This document shows positions 1 through 12,497 of a stretch of 64,000 bases of DNA, piece after piece. The stretch is from Escherichia coli O127:H6 str. E2348/69. Its GTDB lineage: Bacteria > Pseudomonadota > Gammaproteobacteria > Enterobacterales > Enterobacteriaceae. The stretch lies in NCBI RefSeq assembly GCF_000026545.1, contig NC_011601.1. The stretch is one strand, 5' to 3'. The notes beneath the pieces are model-generated. The model was given only the letters and a program-made list of their open reading frames with translations. It did not search any database and was not told the DNA's origin. Made by a program: the position numbers and the translations under genes. Numbering within the stretch: position 1 is the stretch's first letter; each line of letters opens with the position of its first letter.

Positions 1-2375
1 GTAATATTAAGGAGCAGATTGCCGTTCTGAAGGGCAGTCTGCTGTTGTCACGTATCCTGTACCAGCAACAACAAACACTCCCCTCGGCAGATGAACTGGA
101 AAACATGACCAACCGCATCGCGGATTTGCGTCTCGAACAGTTTGAAGTCAACCAGCAGCGTGACGCGCTGTTCCAGAGCGATGCGTTCGTCAGCAAACTG
201 GAAGAAGGTCACACCAACGAAGTCAACAGCGAAGTTCACGATGCATTATTGCAAGTAGTTGATATGCGTCGCGAATTGCTGGATCAGCTTAACAAACAGT
301 TGGGTAACCAGCTGATGATGGCCATTAACCTGCAAATCAACCAGCAGCAGTTAATGAGTGTGTCGAAAAACCTGAAATCCATCCTGACGCAGCAAATTTT
401 TTGGGTGAACAGTAACCGCCCGATGGACTGGGACTGGATTAAAGCGTTCCCGCAAACGCTGAAAGATGAATTTAAGTCGATGAAAATCACGGTGAACTGG
501 GAAAAAGCCTGGCCCGCCGTATTCATCGCCTTCCTCGCTGGTTTGCCGCTGCTGTTGATTGCCGGGCTGATCCACTGGCGTCTGGGCTGGCTGAAAGCGT
601 ATCAACAAAAACTGGCTTCCGCTGTGGGTTCCCTGCGTAACGACAGCCAGCTCAACACACCAAAAGCGATCCTTATCGACCTGATCCGCGCACTGCCGGT
701 GTGCCTGATTATTCTCGCTGTCGGCCTGATTCTGCTGACTATGCAGCTCAATATCAGCGAGTTATTGTGGTCGTTCAGCAAAAAACTGGCGATTTTCTGG
801 CTGGTATTTGGCCTGTGCTGGAAAGTGCTGGAGAAAAATGGTGTTGCCGTGCGTCACTTTGGTATGCCGGAACAGCAGACCAGCCACTGGCGTCGGCAAA
901 TTGTCCGCATCAGCCTCGCGTTGCTGCCGATCCATTTCTGGTCTGTGGTGGCAGAACTCTCCCCGCTGCATTTGATGGATGATGTGCTGGGGCAGGCGAT
1001 GATTTTCTTCAACCTGCTGCTGATTGCCTTCCTGGTGTGGCCGATGTGCCGCGAAAGCTGGCGTGATAAAGAGTCGCACACCATGCGACTGGTCACCATT
1101 ACCGTGCTGTCGATTATCCCGATTGCGTTGATGGTGCTGACCGCCACGGGTTACTTCTACACCACGCTGCGCCTCTCCGGGCGTTGGATTGAAACCGTTT
1201 ATTTGGTGATCATCTGGAACCTGCTGTACCAGACGGTATTGCGCGGCTTAAGCGTAGCGGCGCGGCGTATCGCCTGGCGTCGTGCACTGGCGCGTCGGCA
1301 GAATCTGGTGAAAGAGGGCGCAGAAGGTGCCGAACCGCCGGAAGAACCCACCATTGCGCTGGAGCAGGTTAACCAGCAGACGCTGCGTATTACCATGTTG
1401 CTGATGTTTGCGCTGTTCGGTGTCATGTTCTGGGCAATTTGGTCTGATTTGATCACCGTGTTCAGCTATCTCGACAGCATTACGCTCTGGCATTACAACG
1501 CTACTGAAGCTGGTGCTGCGGTGGTGAAAAACGTCACCATGGGCAGTCTGTTGTTTGCGATTATCGCCTCAATGGTGGCCTGGGCGTTGATTCGCAACCT
1601 GCCTGGTTTGCTGGAAGTGCTGGTGCTCTCGCGACTGAATATGCGCCAGGGCGCGTCGTATGCCATTACTACCATCCTTAACTACATCATTATTGCCGTT
1701 GGTGCGATGACGGTGTTCGGATCGCTGGGCGTCTCGTGGGATAAACTCCAGTGGCTGGCGGCAGCATTATCCGTAGGTCTTGGTTTTGGTTTACAAGAGA
1801 TCTTCGGTAACTTCGTTTCCGGTTTGATCATTCTGTTCGAACGTCCGGTGCGCATAGGCGACACGGTAACCATTGGTAGCTTCTCGGGTACGGTCAGCAA
1901 GATCCGTATTCGTGCGACAACGATTACCGATTTCGATCGCAAAGAAGTGATTATCCCGAACAAAGCGTTTGTTACCGAGCGTCTGATCAACTGGTCGTTG
2001 ACTGACACGACTACGCGTCTGGTGATCCGTCTCGGCGTAGCCTATGGCTCCGATCTGGAAAAAGTGCGTAAAGTGTTGCTGAAGGCGGCGACTGAGCACC
2101 CAAGGGTGATGCACGAACCAATGCCGGAAGTCTTCTTTACGGCATTTGGTGCCAGCACGTTGGATCATGAGCTGCGTCTGTATGTGCGTGAACTGCGTGA
2201 CCGTAGCCGTACTGTCGATGAGCTGAACCGTACTATCGATCAGCTGTGCCGTGAAAACGACATCAACATTGCCTTTAACCAGCTTGAAGTGCATCTGCAC
2301 AACGAGAAGGGCGATGAAGTGACGGAAGTGAAACGCGACTACAAAGGCGACGATCCGACGCCAGCGGTAGGGTAA
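1..2375 (+). CDS. mscK: Mechanosensitive K+-regulated channel MscK (KefA), C-terminal part; 5' end lies upstream of the window
   Basis: ORF 45..2375 is open in frame back to position 1; multi-pass membrane region followed by MscS-like C-terminal domain; recognised from memory. Confidence 0.85.
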   Translation, partial: NIKEQIAVLKGSLLLSRILYQQQQTLPSADELENMTNRIADLRLEQFEVNQQRDALFQSDAFVSKLEEGHTNEVNSEVHDALLQVVDMRRELLDQLNKQLGNQLMMAINLQINQQQLMSVSKNLKSILTQQIFWVNSNRPMDWDWIKAFPQTLKDEFKSMKITVNWEKAWPAVFIAFLAGLPLLLIAGLIHWRLGWLKAYQQKLASAVGSLRNDSQLNTPKAILIDLIRALPVCLIILAVGLILLTMQLNISELLWSFSKKLAIFWLVFGLCWKVLEKNGVAVRHFGMPEQQTSHWRRQIVRISLALLPIHFWSVVAELSPLHLMDDVLGQAMIFFNLLLIAFLVWPMCRESWRDKESHTMRLVTITVLSIIPIALMVLTATGYFYTTLRLSGRWIETVYLVIIWNLLYQTVLRGLSVAARRIAWRRALARRQNLVKEGAEGAEPPEEPTIALEQVNQQTLRITMLLMFALFGVMFWAIWSDLITVFSYLDSITLWHYNATEAGAAVVKNVTMGSLLFAIIASMVAWALIRNLPGLLEVLVLSRLNMRQGASYAITTILNYIIIAVGAMTVFGSLGVSWDKLQWLAAALSVGLGFGLQEIFGNFVSGLIILFERPVRIGDTVTIGSFSGTVSKIRIRATTITDFDRKEVIIPNKAFVTERLINWSLTDTTTRLVIRLGVAYGSDLEKVRKVLLKAATEHPRVMHEPMPEVFFTAFGASTLDHELRLYVRELRDRSRTVDELNRTIDQLCRENDINIAFNQLEVHLHNEKGDEVTEVKRDYKGDDPTPAVG

Positions 2376-2383
2376 TAACCAAA

Positions 2384-2577
2384 GGGGGCGACATTTAGTT
2401 GCCCCGAGATTACTAACAAAGTGCGCGTTGTTCATGCCGGATGCGGCGTGACCGCCTTATCCGGCCTACGAAACCGCAAGAATTCAATATATTGCAGGAG
2501 CGGTGTAGGCCTGATAAGCGTAGCGCATCAGGCAGTTTTGCGTTTGCCCACAATCTTAGGGGACATTTAGCGGCCCC
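2384..2577. repeat. REP/BIME palindromic unit pair in the mscK-ybaM intergenic region
   Basis: gccggatgcggcgtgaccgccttatccggcctac and taggcctgataagcgtagcgcatcaggca, typical enterobacterial REP sequences. Confidence 0.7.
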
Positions 2578-2586
2578 ATTTATTTC

Positions 2587-2748
2587 TCACTTTTCCGCCT
2601 CATCATCGCGCGTTAATTTCTTTTCATAATCGCGTTTTACAATATCCAGCGCGCGCAGTACGGTGCGGGCTGGGATCTGATTTTCTTCCAGCAGCACAAT
2701 CAAATCGACGGCCAGTTTGACATCGTCAGGGGCATTTTCCAGTGACAT
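2587..2748 (-). CDS. ybaM: Small conserved protein YbaM (53 aa)
   Basis: Hand-translated minus-strand [56 protein letters not shown], directly upstream of priC; too short for the ORF track. Confidence 0.7.
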   Translation of the reverse strand: MSLENAPDDVKLAVDLIVLLEENQIPARTVLRALDIVKRDYEKKLTRDDEAEK

Positions 2749-2761
2749 ACTCTCTCCATTG

Positions 2762-3289
2762 CTAGCGGGTTAAACGCGCTAACCTGTTTTCGATTTTTTC
2801 CAGCGCATGGCGGCAGCGTGCCAGGCGCGCTTCATAGGCTTCCACTTCACGATGCAGTGTCTGCTGTTCCACGAGAGCGGTCGCTCGCGCCAGACGGGCT
2901 CTACGTTCGGCAACCATCTCACGTAGCCGCCGCTCAAAATCCTGATGCTGAATACGTTTACGCTGCCAGCGGGCAATTTTCGGTGGTGCGCTATCCCACT
3001 CGCGTAGCGACCAGGCTGTGGCTTCACGCGCTATAGCCTCCAGTTGCGCCGCCAGATGTTCTGCCAGCCAGGCGACTTGCGGCAGCTGTTGCTGCTCAAC
3101 CGCATGACGAAGCGCAGCCAGGTTATCGCCCGCCTCATCGAGACAAGCCTGTAGTGTTGTCGCACGGGTCTGAAAAAGGTGCCTGTCAAAACGGGCACTT
3201 AGCGTGGCAAATTGCGCTACCGGGGCACAACGCTGACGCAGCGTGGCGAGCTGTCCTTCCAGTTTTTCCAGTAGCAGGGTGGTTTTCAC
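2762..3289 (-). CDS. priC: Primosomal replication protein N'' (PriC), 175 aa
   Basis: ORF track; size and sequence recognised; position between ybaM and ybaN. Confidence 0.85.
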   Translation of the reverse strand: MKTTLLLEKLEGQLATLRQRCAPVAQFATLSARFDRHLFQTRATTLQACLDEAGDNLAALRHAVEQQQLPQVAWLAEHLAAQLEAIAREATAWSLREWDSAPPKIARWQRKRIQHQDFERRLREMVAERRARLARATALVEQQTLHREVEAYEARLARCRHALEKIENRLARLTR

Positions 3290-3358
3290 GATAAGACCTC
3301 AATGAAAATGATAATTGTTATGCTAAAGTAGCCACTCTGTAAGCTGACAACACTCAAT

Positions 3359-3736
3359 ATGCAACGAATCATTTTAATCATCATTGGCTGGCTGGCGGTA
3401 GTGCTGGGTACGCTAGGCGTGGTATTACCGGTATTACCGACGACGCCGTTTATCCTGCTGGCGGCCTGGTGCTTTGCCCGTTCTTCCCCGCGCTTTCACG
3501 CCTGGTTGCTGTACCGCTCATGGTTTGGCAGTTATCTACGTTTCTGGCAGAAACATCATGCGATGCCGCGCGGCGCAAAACCACGGGCGATTTTGCTTAT
3601 TTTGATTACGTTTACGATTTCGCTGTGGTTCGTCCAGATGCCGTGGGTGCGCATCATGTTGCTGGTAATTCTCGCCTGTTTGCTTTTTTATATGTGGCGA
3701 ATTCCGGTGATTGATGAAAAGCAAGAAAAGCACTGA
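3359..3736 (+). CDS. ybaN: Inner membrane protein YbaN (DUF454), 125 aa
   Basis: ORF track; hydrophobic helices; conserved neighbour of apt. Confidence 0.8.
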
Positions 3737-3888
3737 AGCACAACAATCGCAGTTGCAATTATTGCGTACAGCCAGTACATTCTGGCGTTTTCGAGCACAG
3801 GCGCAGGCGGTCAAAGGTTAAACAACTGTTACTTTTGATACGTTCAAAACGCGCCGTGAGTACCACCGTAACAAGCAGGCATACACTT

Positions 3889-4440
3889 ATGACCGCGACT
3901 GCACAGCAGCTTGAGTATCTCAAAAATAGCATCAAAAGCATTCAGGACTACCCAAAACCCGGCATTCTTTTCCGCGATGTCACCAGCTTACTGGAAGACC
4001 CGAAAGCTTACGCTCTCAGCATCGACTTGCTGGTTGAGCGTTACAAAAATGCGGGCATTACCAAAGTGGTCGGCACCGAAGCGCGTGGCTTCTTGTTTGG
4101 CGCTCCGGTAGCTCTGGGTCTGGGCGTTGGCTTTGTACCGGTCCGTAAACCGGGCAAACTGCCGCGTGAAACCATCAGTGAAACTTACGACCTGGAATAC
4201 GGCACCGATCAGCTGGAAATCCACGTTGATGCCATCAAACCGGGCGATAAAGTTCTGGTGGTGGACGATCTGCTGGCAACCGGCGGCACTATCGAAGCGA
4301 CCGTTAAACTGATCCGTCGTCTGGGTGGTGAAGTAGCTGACGCTGCGTTCATTATCAACCTGTTCGATCTCGGCGGTGAACAGCGTCTCGAAAAACAGGG
4401 CATTACCAGCTACAGCCTTGTCCCGTTCCCGGGCCATTAA
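3889..4440 (+). CDS. apt: Adenine phosphoribosyltransferase, 183 aa
   Basis: ORF 3835..4440 trimmed to the internal ATG ([12 protein letters not shown]...); PRTase motif [13 protein letters not shown]. Confidence 0.9.
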
Positions 4441-4568
4441 TTATCGTCAGTCTTGCGCTGCTCACGCTACGGGCAGCACAAGATGTGCATTCAGCCTCGC
4501 CGTTCTGACGGGGCTGTGTTAGCATTACCCCTTCGTGAATCCACCTTCCAGCGTTTCAGAGCCTGCCA

Positions 4569-6500
4569 ATGAGTTATCAGGTCTTAGCCCGAAAATGGCG
4601 CCCACAAACCTTTGCTGACGTCGTCGGCCAGGAACATGTGCTGACCGCACTGGCGAACGGCTTGTCGTTAGGGCGTATTCATCATGCTTATCTTTTTTCC
4701 GGCACCCGTGGCGTCGGAAAAACCTCTATCGCCCGACTGTTGGCGAAGGGGCTAAACTGCGAAACCGGCATTACCGCGACGCCGTGCGGCGTGTGCGATA
4801 ACTGTCGTGAAATCGAGCAGGGGCGCTTTGTCGATCTGATTGAAATCGACGCCGCCTCGCGCACTAAAGTCGAAGATACCCGCGACCTGCTGGATAACGT
4901 TCAGTACGCTCCGGCGCGTGGTCGTTTCAAAGTTTATCTCATCGACGAAGTGCATATGCTGTCGCGTCACAGCTTTAACGCACTGTTAAAAACCCTTGAA
5001 GAGCCGCCAGAGCACGTTAAGTTTTTGCTGGCGACGACCGATCCGCAGAAATTGCCGGTGACGATTTTGTCACGCTGTCTGCAATTTCATCTCAAGGCGC
5101 TGGATGTCGAGCAAATTCGCCATCAGCTTGAGCACATCCTCAACGAAGAACATATCGCTCACGAGCCGCGGGCGCTGCAATTGTTGGCACGCGCCGCTGA
5201 AGGCAGCCTGCGAGATGCCTTAAGTCTGACCGACCAGGCGATTGCCAGCGGTGACGGCCAGGTTTCAACCCAGGCGGTCAGTGCGATGCTGGGTACGCTT
5301 GACGACGATCAGGCGTTATCGCTGGTTGAAGCGATGGTCGAGGCCAACGGCGAGCGCGTAATGGCGCTAATTAATGAAGCTGCTGCCCGTGGTATCGAGT
5401 GGGAAGCGTTGCTGGTGGAAATGCTCGGTCTGTTGCATCGTATTGCGATGGTACAACTTTCGCCTGCTGCTCTTGGCAACGACATGGCCGCCATTGAGCT
5501 GCGGATGCGTGAACTGGCGCGCACCATACCGCCGACGGATATTCAGCTTTACTATCAGACGCTGTTGATTGGTCGCAAAGAATTACCGTATGCGCCAGAC
5601 CGCCGTATGGGTGTTGAGATGACGCTGCTGCGCGCGCTGGCGTTCCATCCGCGTATGCCTCTGCCTGAGCCAGAAGTGCCACGCCAGTCCTTTGCGCCCG
5701 TTGCGCCAACGGCAGTAATGACGCCAACACAGGTGCCGCCGCAACCGCAATCAGCGCTGCAGCAGGCACCGACTGTACCGCTCCCGGAAACCACCAGCCA
5801 GGTGCTGGCGGCGCGCCAGCAGTTGCAGCGCGTGCAGGGAGCAACCAAAGCAAAAAAGAGTGAACCGGCAGCCGCTACCCGCGCGCGGCCGGTGAATAAC
5901 GCTGCGCTGGAAAGACTGGCTTCGGTCACCGATCGCGTTCAGGCGCGCCCGGTGCCATCGGCGCTGGAAAAAGCGCCAGCCAAAAAAGAAGCGTATCGCT
6001 GGAAGGCGACCACTCCAGTGATGCAGCAAAAAGAAGTGGTCGCCACGCCGAAGGCGCTGAAAAAAGCGCTGGAACATGAAAAAACGCCGGAACTGGCGGC
6101 GAAGCTGGCGGCAGAAGCCATTGAGCGCGACCCGTGGGCGGCTCAGGTGAGTCAACTTTCGCTACCAAAACTGGTCGAACAGGTGGCGTTAAATGCCTGG
6201 AAAGAGGAGAGCGACAACGCAGTATGTCTGCATTTGCGCTCCTCTCAGCGGCATTTGAACAACCGCGGCGCACAGCAAAAACTGGCTGAAGCGTTGAGCA
6301 CGTTAAAAGGTTCAACGGTTGAACTGACTATCGTTGAAGATGATAATCCCGCGGTGCGTACGCCGCTGGAATGGCGTCAGGCGATATACGAAGAAAAACT
6401 TGCGCAGGCGCGCGAGTCCATTATTGCGGATAATAATATTCAGACCCTGCGTCGATTCTTCGATGCGGAGCTGGATGAAGAAAGTATCCGCCCCATTTGA
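4569..6500 (+). CDS. dnaX: DNA polymerase III tau subunit (643 aa); gamma subunit made by -1 frameshift
   Basis: ORF track; AAA+ Walker A GTRGVGKT; slippery A AAA AAG at about 5852-5858 followed by a stem-loop. Confidence 0.95.
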   Translation: MSYQVLARKWRPQTFADVVGQEHVLTALANGLSLGRIHHAYLFSGTRGVGKTSIARLLAKGLNCETGITATPCGVCDNCREIEQGRFVDLIEIDAASRTKVEDTRDLLDNVQYAPARGRFKVYLIDEVHMLSRHSFNALLKTLEEPPEHVKFLLATTDPQKLPVTILSRCLQFHLKALDVEQIRHQLEHILNEEHIAHEPRALQLLARAAEGSLRDALSLTDQAIASGDGQVSTQAVSAMLGTLDDDQALSLVEAMVEANGERVMALINEAAARGIEWEALLVEMLGLLHRIAMVQLSPAALGNDMAAIELRMRELARTIPPTDIQLYYQTLLIGRKELPYAPDRRMGVEMTLLRALAFHPRMPLPEPEVPRQSFAPVAPTAVMTPTQVPPQPQSALQQAPTVPLPETTSQVLAARQQLQRVQGATKAKKSEPAAATRARPVNNAALERLASVTDRVQARPVPSALEKAPAKKEAYRWKATTPVMQQKEVVATPKALKKALEHEKTPELAAKLAAEAIERDPWAAQVSQLSLPKLVEQVALNAWKEESDNAVCLHLRSSQRHLNNRGAQQKLAEALSTLKGSTVELTIVEDDNPAVRTPLEWRQAIYEEKLAQARESIIADNNIQTLRRFFDAELDEESIRPI

Positions 6501-6537
6501 TCGTAAGCACAGCTTACGTTCGTCATCCTTAACGTGA

Positions 6538-6881
<344 letters not shown>

Positions 6882-6882
<1 letters not shown>

Positions 6883-7487
6883 TGCAAACCAGCCCGCTGT
6901 TAACACAGCTTATGGAAGCACTGCGCTGTCTGCCGGGCGTTGGCCCGAAGTCGGCGCAGCGTATGGCGTTCACGCTGCTTCAGCGCGATCGTAGCGGCGG
7001 GATGCGTCTGGCGCAGGCGCTCACCCGGGCGATGTCGGAAATCGGCCACTGCGCCGATTGCCGCACCTTCACCGAACAGGAAGTCTGTAACATCTGTTCG
7101 AATCCACGTCGTCAGGAAAACGGTCAAATCTGCGTGGTGGAGAGTCCGGCGGACATTTACGCCATTGAGCAGACGGGGCAGTTTTCAGGTCGTTATTTTG
7201 TGTTGATGGGGCATCTGTCACCGCTGGACGGCATCGGTCCTGATGATATCGGGCTTGATCGTCTGGAACAGCGTCTGGCAGAGGAAAAAATCACTGAAGT
7301 GATCCTCGCCACCAACCCCACGGTTGAAGGTGAAGCTACCGCTAACTACATTGCCGAGCTTTGTGCGCAATATGACGTGGAAGCCAGCCGAATCGCTCAT
7401 GGCGTACCGGTTGGCGGCGAACTGGAAATGGTCGATGGCACCACGCTGTCACACTCCCTTGCCGGGCGTCATAAGATTCGTTTTTAA
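6882..7487 (+). CDS. recR: Recombination protein RecR, 201 aa
   Basis: ORF track; C4 zinc finger [16 protein letters not shown] and Toprim region; start overlaps ybaB stop. Confidence 0.95.
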
Positions 7488-7516
7488 GCAAACGAGAGCA
7501 GGATCACCTGCTCTCG

Positions 7517-7545
7517 CTTGAAATTACTCTCCCTTGTCCCCATCT
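7517..7545 (+). promoter_or_regulatory. Sigma-32 heat-shock promoter of htpG
   Basis: CTTGAAA, about 14 bp spacer, CCCCATCT, matching the sigma-32 -35/-10 consensus upstream of htpG. Confidence 0.7.
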
Positions 7546-7596
7546 CTCCCTCATCCTGTTTTTAACCTTAAAATGGCATTATTGAGGTAGACCTAC

Positions 7597-9471
7597 ATGA
7601 AAGGACAAGAAACACGTGGTTTTCAGTCAGAAGTGAAACAGCTTCTGCACCTGATGATCCATTCTCTCTATTCCAATAAAGAAATCTTCCTGCGTGAGCT
7701 TATCTCTAACGCCTCCGATGCGGCGGACAAGCTGCGTTTCCGCGCGCTTTCTAACCCGGACCTGTACGAAGGTGATGGTGAACTACGCGTTCGTGTCTCT
7801 TTCGATAAAGACAAGCGCACGCTGACCATCTCCGATAACGGCGTGGGGATGACCCGCGACGAAGTGATTGACCATCTGGGGACTATCGCTAAATCCGGCA
7901 CCAAATCATTCCTCGAATCCCTGGGTTCTGACCAGGCGAAAGACAGCCAGCTGATCGGTCAGTTTGGTGTTGGTTTCTACTCTGCGTTTATCGTGGCTGA
8001 CAAAGTGACCGTGCGTACTCGCGCGGCAGGCGAAAAACCAGAAAACGGCGTCTTCTGGGAATCGGCTGGCGAAGGTGAATACACCGTTGCCGACATCACT
8101 AAAGAAGATCGTGGTACTGAAATCACCCTGCATCTGCGTGAAGGCGAAGACGAGTTCCTCGATGACTGGCGTGTGCGTTCCATCATCAGCAAATATTCCG
8201 ACCATATCGCGCTGCCGGTAGAGATCGAAAAACGCGAAGAGAAAGACGGCGAAACCATTATCTCCTGGGAGAAAATCAACAAAGCGCAGGCGCTGTGGAC
8301 TCGTAACAAGTCGGAAATCACCGATGAAGAGTACAAAGAGTTCTACAAACACATCGCCCACGACTTTAACGATCCGCTGACCTGGAGCCACAACCGCGTT
8401 GAAGGTAAGCAGGAGTACACCAGCCTGCTGTACATTCCGTCTCAGGCACCGTGGGATATGTGGAACCGCGATCATAAACACGGTCTGAAACTGTATGTTC
8501 AGCGTGTGTTCATCATGGACGACGCAGAACAGTTCATGCCGAACTATCTGCGCTTCGTGCGTGGTCTGATTGACTCCAGCGATCTGCCGCTGAACGTTTC
8601 CCGTGAAATCCTCCAGGACAGCACGGTAACGCGTAACCTGCGCAATGCGCTGACCAAGCGTGTGCTGCAAATGCTGGAAAAACTGGCGAAAGACGACGCG
8701 GAAAAATACCAGACCTTCTGGCAACAGTTTGGCCTGGTACTGAAAGAAGGTCCGGCGGAAGATTTCGCTAACCAGGAAGCGATCGCCAAACTGCTGCGTT
8801 TTGCTTCTACCCATACCGATTCTTCTGCGCAGACCGTGTCTCTGGAAGACTACGTTTCCCGCATGAAAGAAGGGCAGGAGAAAATCTACTATATCACCGC
8901 AGACAGCTACGCGGCAGCGAAGAGCAGCCCGCACCTGGAACTGCTGCGTAAGAAAGGCATCGAAGTTCTGCTGCTTTCCGACCGCATCGATGAGTGGATG
9001 ATGAACTATCTGACTGAGTTCGACGGTAAACCGTTCCAGTCTGTGTCTAAAGTTGACGAGTCGCTGGAAAAACTGGCTGACGAAGTTGATGAGAGCGCGA
9101 AAGAAGCGGAGAAAGCACTGACTCCGTTCATCGACCGTGTGAAAGCTCTGCTCGGCGAGCGCGTGAAAGATGTCCGTCTGACTCACCGTCTGACCGATAC
9201 GCCAGCGATCGTTTCGACCGACGCGGACGAAATGAGCACTCAGATGGCGAAACTGTTCGCTGCGGCGGGCCAGAAAGTGCCAGAAGTGAAATACATCTTC
9301 GAACTGAACCCGGATCACGTACTGGTGAAACGTGCGGCGGATACTGAAGATGAAGCGAAGTTCAGCGAGTGGGTAGAACTGCTGCTGGATCAGGCGCTGC
9401 TGGCAGAACGCGGCACGCTGGAAGATCCGAACCTGTTTATTCGTCGTATGAACCAGCTGCTGGTTTCTTGA
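7597..9471 (+). CDS. htpG: Chaperone HtpG (Hsp90), 624 aa
   Basis: ORF track; GHKL ATPase N-terminal motifs ([18 protein letters not shown]). Confidence 0.95.
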   Translation: MKGQETRGFQSEVKQLLHLMIHSLYSNKEIFLRELISNASDAADKLRFRALSNPDLYEGDGELRVRVSFDKDKRTLTISDNGVGMTRDEVIDHLGTIAKSGTKSFLESLGSDQAKDSQLIGQFGVGFYSAFIVADKVTVRTRAAGEKPENGVFWESAGEGEYTVADITKEDRGTEITLHLREGEDEFLDDWRVRSIISKYSDHIALPVEIEKREEKDGETIISWEKINKAQALWTRNKSEITDEEYKEFYKHIAHDFNDPLTWSHNRVEGKQEYTSLLYIPSQAPWDMWNRDHKHGLKLYVQRVFIMDDAEQFMPNYLRFVRGLIDSSDLPLNVSREILQDSTVTRNLRNALTKRVLQMLEKLAKDDAEKYQTFWQQFGLVLKEGPAEDFANQEAIAKLLRFASTHTDSSAQTVSLEDYVSRMKEGQEKIYYITADSYAAAKSSPHLELLRKKGIEVLLLSDRIDEWMMNYLTEFDGKPFQSVSKVDESLEKLADEVDESAKEAEKALTPFIDRVKALLGERVKDVRLTHRLTDTPAIVSTDADEMSTQMAKLFAAAGQKVPEVKYIFELNPDHVLVKRAADTEDEAKFSEWVELLLDQALLAERGTLEDPNLFIRRMNQLLVS

Positions 9472-9475
9472 TGCC

Positions 9476-9510
9476 ATGCCGGATGACCTTCGTGTCATCC
9501 GGCATTTTTC
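9476..9510 (+). terminator. Intrinsic terminator after htpG
   Basis: gccggatgac...gtcatccggc hairpin followed by a T-rich run. Confidence 0.6.
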
Positions 9511-9579
9511 TTTTCTTCATCTGCACTTTCCGCAAATTATCTCGCCATTAACCGTTTCAGCCTCAGGTGCCTTTCTTGA

Positions 9580-10296
<717 letters not shown>

Positions 10297-10427
10297 TCAA
10301 GCCGCAGCAGATCTGCTTTCGGGCAGGTCTGCTCATCCTCCTCAGGCAATACCTCTTACAGCAATTAGTTCTTCTTCTTCACTTTTCCGCTACAATTATC
10401 AACAAGTTGAATCGATAAGAGGCGGTA

Positions 10428-11390
10428 ATGCGTCAGACTAAAACCGGTATCCTGCTGGCAAACCTGGGTACGCCCGATGCCCCCACACCTGAAGCGGTAA
10501 AACGCTATCTGAAACAATTTTTAAGCGACAGACGCGTGGTTGATACCTCACGGTTGTTATGGTGGCCGTTGCTGCGCGGCGTGATTTTGCCGCTGCGTTC
10601 GCCGCGTGTGGCGAAGCTGTATGCCTCTGTCTGGATGGAAGGTGGCTCGCCGCTGATGGTTTACAGCCGCCAGCAACAGCAGGCGCTGGCGCAACGTTTA
10701 CCGGAGACGCCCGTGGCGCTGGGAATGAGCTACGGCTCGCCATCACTGGAAAGCGCCGTAGATGAACTTCTGGCAGAGCATGTAGATCATATTGTGGTGC
10801 TGCCGCTTTATCCGCAATACTCCTGTTCAACGGTCGGTGCGGTATGGGATGAACTGGCACGCATTCTGGCGCGCAAACGTAGCATTCCGGGGATATCGTT
10901 TATTCGTGATTACGCCGATAACCACGATTATATTAATGCACTGGCGAACAGCGTACGTGCTTCTTTTGCCAAACATGGCGAACCGGATCTGTTGTTGCTC
11001 TCTTATCATGGCATTCCCCAGCGTTATGCAGATGAAGGCGATGATTACCCGCAACGTTGCCGCACAACAACTCGCGAACTCGCTTCCGCACTGGAGATGG
11101 CACCGGAAAAAGTGATGATGACCTTTCAGTCGCGCTTTGGCCGGGAACCCTGGCTGATGCCTTATACCGACGAAACGCTGAAAATGCTCGGAGAAAAAGG
11201 CGTGGGTCATATTCAGGTGATGTGCCCGGGCTTTGCTGCGGATTGTCTGGAGACGCTGGAAGAGATTGCCGAGCAAAACCGTGAAGTCTTCCTCGGCGCT
11301 GGCGGGAAAAAATATGAATATATTCCGGCGCTTAATGCCACGTCGGAACATATCGAAATGATGGCTAATCTTGTTGCCGCGTATCGCTAA
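10428..11390 (+). CDS. hemH: Ferrochelatase, 320 aa
   Basis: ORF track; size and position downstream of adk. Confidence 0.9.
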   Translation: MRQTKTGILLANLGTPDAPTPEAVKRYLKQFLSDRRVVDTSRLLWWPLLRGVILPLRSPRVAKLYASVWMEGGSPLMVYSRQQQQALAQRLPETPVALGMSYGSPSLESAVDELLAEHVDHIVVLPLYPQYSCSTVGAVWDELARILARKRSIPGISFIRDYADNHDYINALANSVRASFAKHGEPDLLLLSYHGIPQRYADEGDDYPQRCRTTTRELASALEMAPEKVMMTFQSRFGREPWLMPYTDETLKMLGEKGVGHIQVMCPGFAADCLETLEEIAEQNREVFLGAGGKKYEYIPALNATSEHIEMMANLVAAYR

Positions 11391-12346
11391 AGCTGAGCGG
11401 TAAAGAACTGAGCGCCGTCGAGAAGAGCCTCGTCGGCGGTTTTCATCATCCGTGAATAATGCAAAAAGGCGTGCAGCGTGCCTGGGTAGAGTTTGAACTC
11501 ACAGGGCTGCTGATGCGCCGCTAACGTCTGGTAAAGCAGACGGCTGTCATCCAGCAGTGGATCGAACTCCGCCCCGGCAATAAAACAGGGCGGAACTTCG
11601 CGAGTGAGATCATTATTAAACAGGCAGTAATATGGCGACTCGCGGTCCGCGTCGTTGCTTAAATACGCCTCTTCATACATCTGCAAATCCTGTTGCGTTA
11701 AGCCATCCCAGACACCACCCAACAGACGACGAGTCACGGAATCCCGTAATCCGTAAAGCCCATACCACAGCAAAACGCCCGCAACTTTACCGCAATCGAT
11801 CTGTTTATCGCGCAACCACAACGCACTGGCGAGCGCCAGCATGGCACCTGCGGAATCACCGGCAAAACCAATGCGGGACATATTGATTTGATAATCCTCC
11901 GCCTGCTGGTGGAAATAACAACAGGCAGCCACAATTTCCTCTATCGCTTGCGGAAAACGCGCTTCAGGTGAAAGGGTGTAATCAATGCCAATCACCGTAC
12001 ATTGGCTGTAGCTTGCCAGCAGGCGCATGATGCGATCGTGGGTATCGAGATTGCCGAGAATAAAACCGCCTCCATGCAAATAAAATAGCGTCGCCGGGCT
12101 ATCTGGCTGCGGATAAAAGATACGTGTTTTCACCTGCCCATATTTTGTTGGAACCCTGTAAGCTCTGGTTGCCATTTCTGGAGCGCCCACATTCCAGAAT
12201 CGGCGCTCAAGCGTGTAATACTGTCGTTGCTCAGCAATCGTTCCCGTTGCAGGCCAGGGCGGTAAATCCGGCTGAAGAGTATTCACAACGGTCTTCATTT
12301 CAGCAGAGATAAGGTCCAGAACGGGTAATTTGTTTTCCGGCTTCAT
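11387..12346 (-). CDS. aes: Acetyl esterase Aes, 319 aa
   Basis: ORF track; alpha/beta-hydrolase HGGGF oxyanion motif and GDSAG nucleophile elbow. Confidence 0.9.
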   Translation of the reverse strand: MKPENKLPVLDLISAEMKTVVNTLQPDLPPWPATGTIAEQRQYYTLERRFWNVGAPEMATRAYRVPTKYGQVKTRIFYPQPDSPATLFYLHGGGFILGNLDTHDRIMRLLASYSQCTVIGIDYTLSPEARFPQAIEEIVAACCYFHQQAEDYQINMSRIGFAGDSAGAMLALASALWLRDKQIDCGKVAGVLLWYGLYGLRDSVTRRLLGGVWDGLTQQDLQMYEEAYLSNDADRESPYYCLFNNDLTREVPPCFIAGAEFDPLLDDSRLLYQTLAAHQQPCEFKLYPGTLHAFLHYSRMMKTADEALLDGAQFFTAQL

Positions 12347-12497
12347 GCAAAAACTCCTTTCAAATTACGTCATTGTAAGGAACCACTGCCATGAAAATGC
12401 GATCCCGCCTGCTGATATTGAAACTGGCTGCGTCTCGCGCGCTCCCGTCAGATTGTGTTAACATTCGCCGCTCAGTTAACCACCCGTAAAAACAACC

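Noticed and set aside
5371-6315. Cluster of long antisense and alternative-frame ORFs within the dnaX tau-specific region
   Set aside because: This region is GC-rich and Pro/Ala/Gln-rich, which generates long open frames in all frames; dnaX itself fully accounts for the sequence.
7906-9498. 530-aa ORF antisense to htpG
   Set aside because: Exact antisense of a highly conserved gene; its length follows from the absence of stops on the reverse strand and it has no recognisable domain.
10297-10427. Possible intrinsic terminator after adk (cagcagatctgct palindrome)
   Set aside because: Short stem and no T-run afterwards; not convincing.
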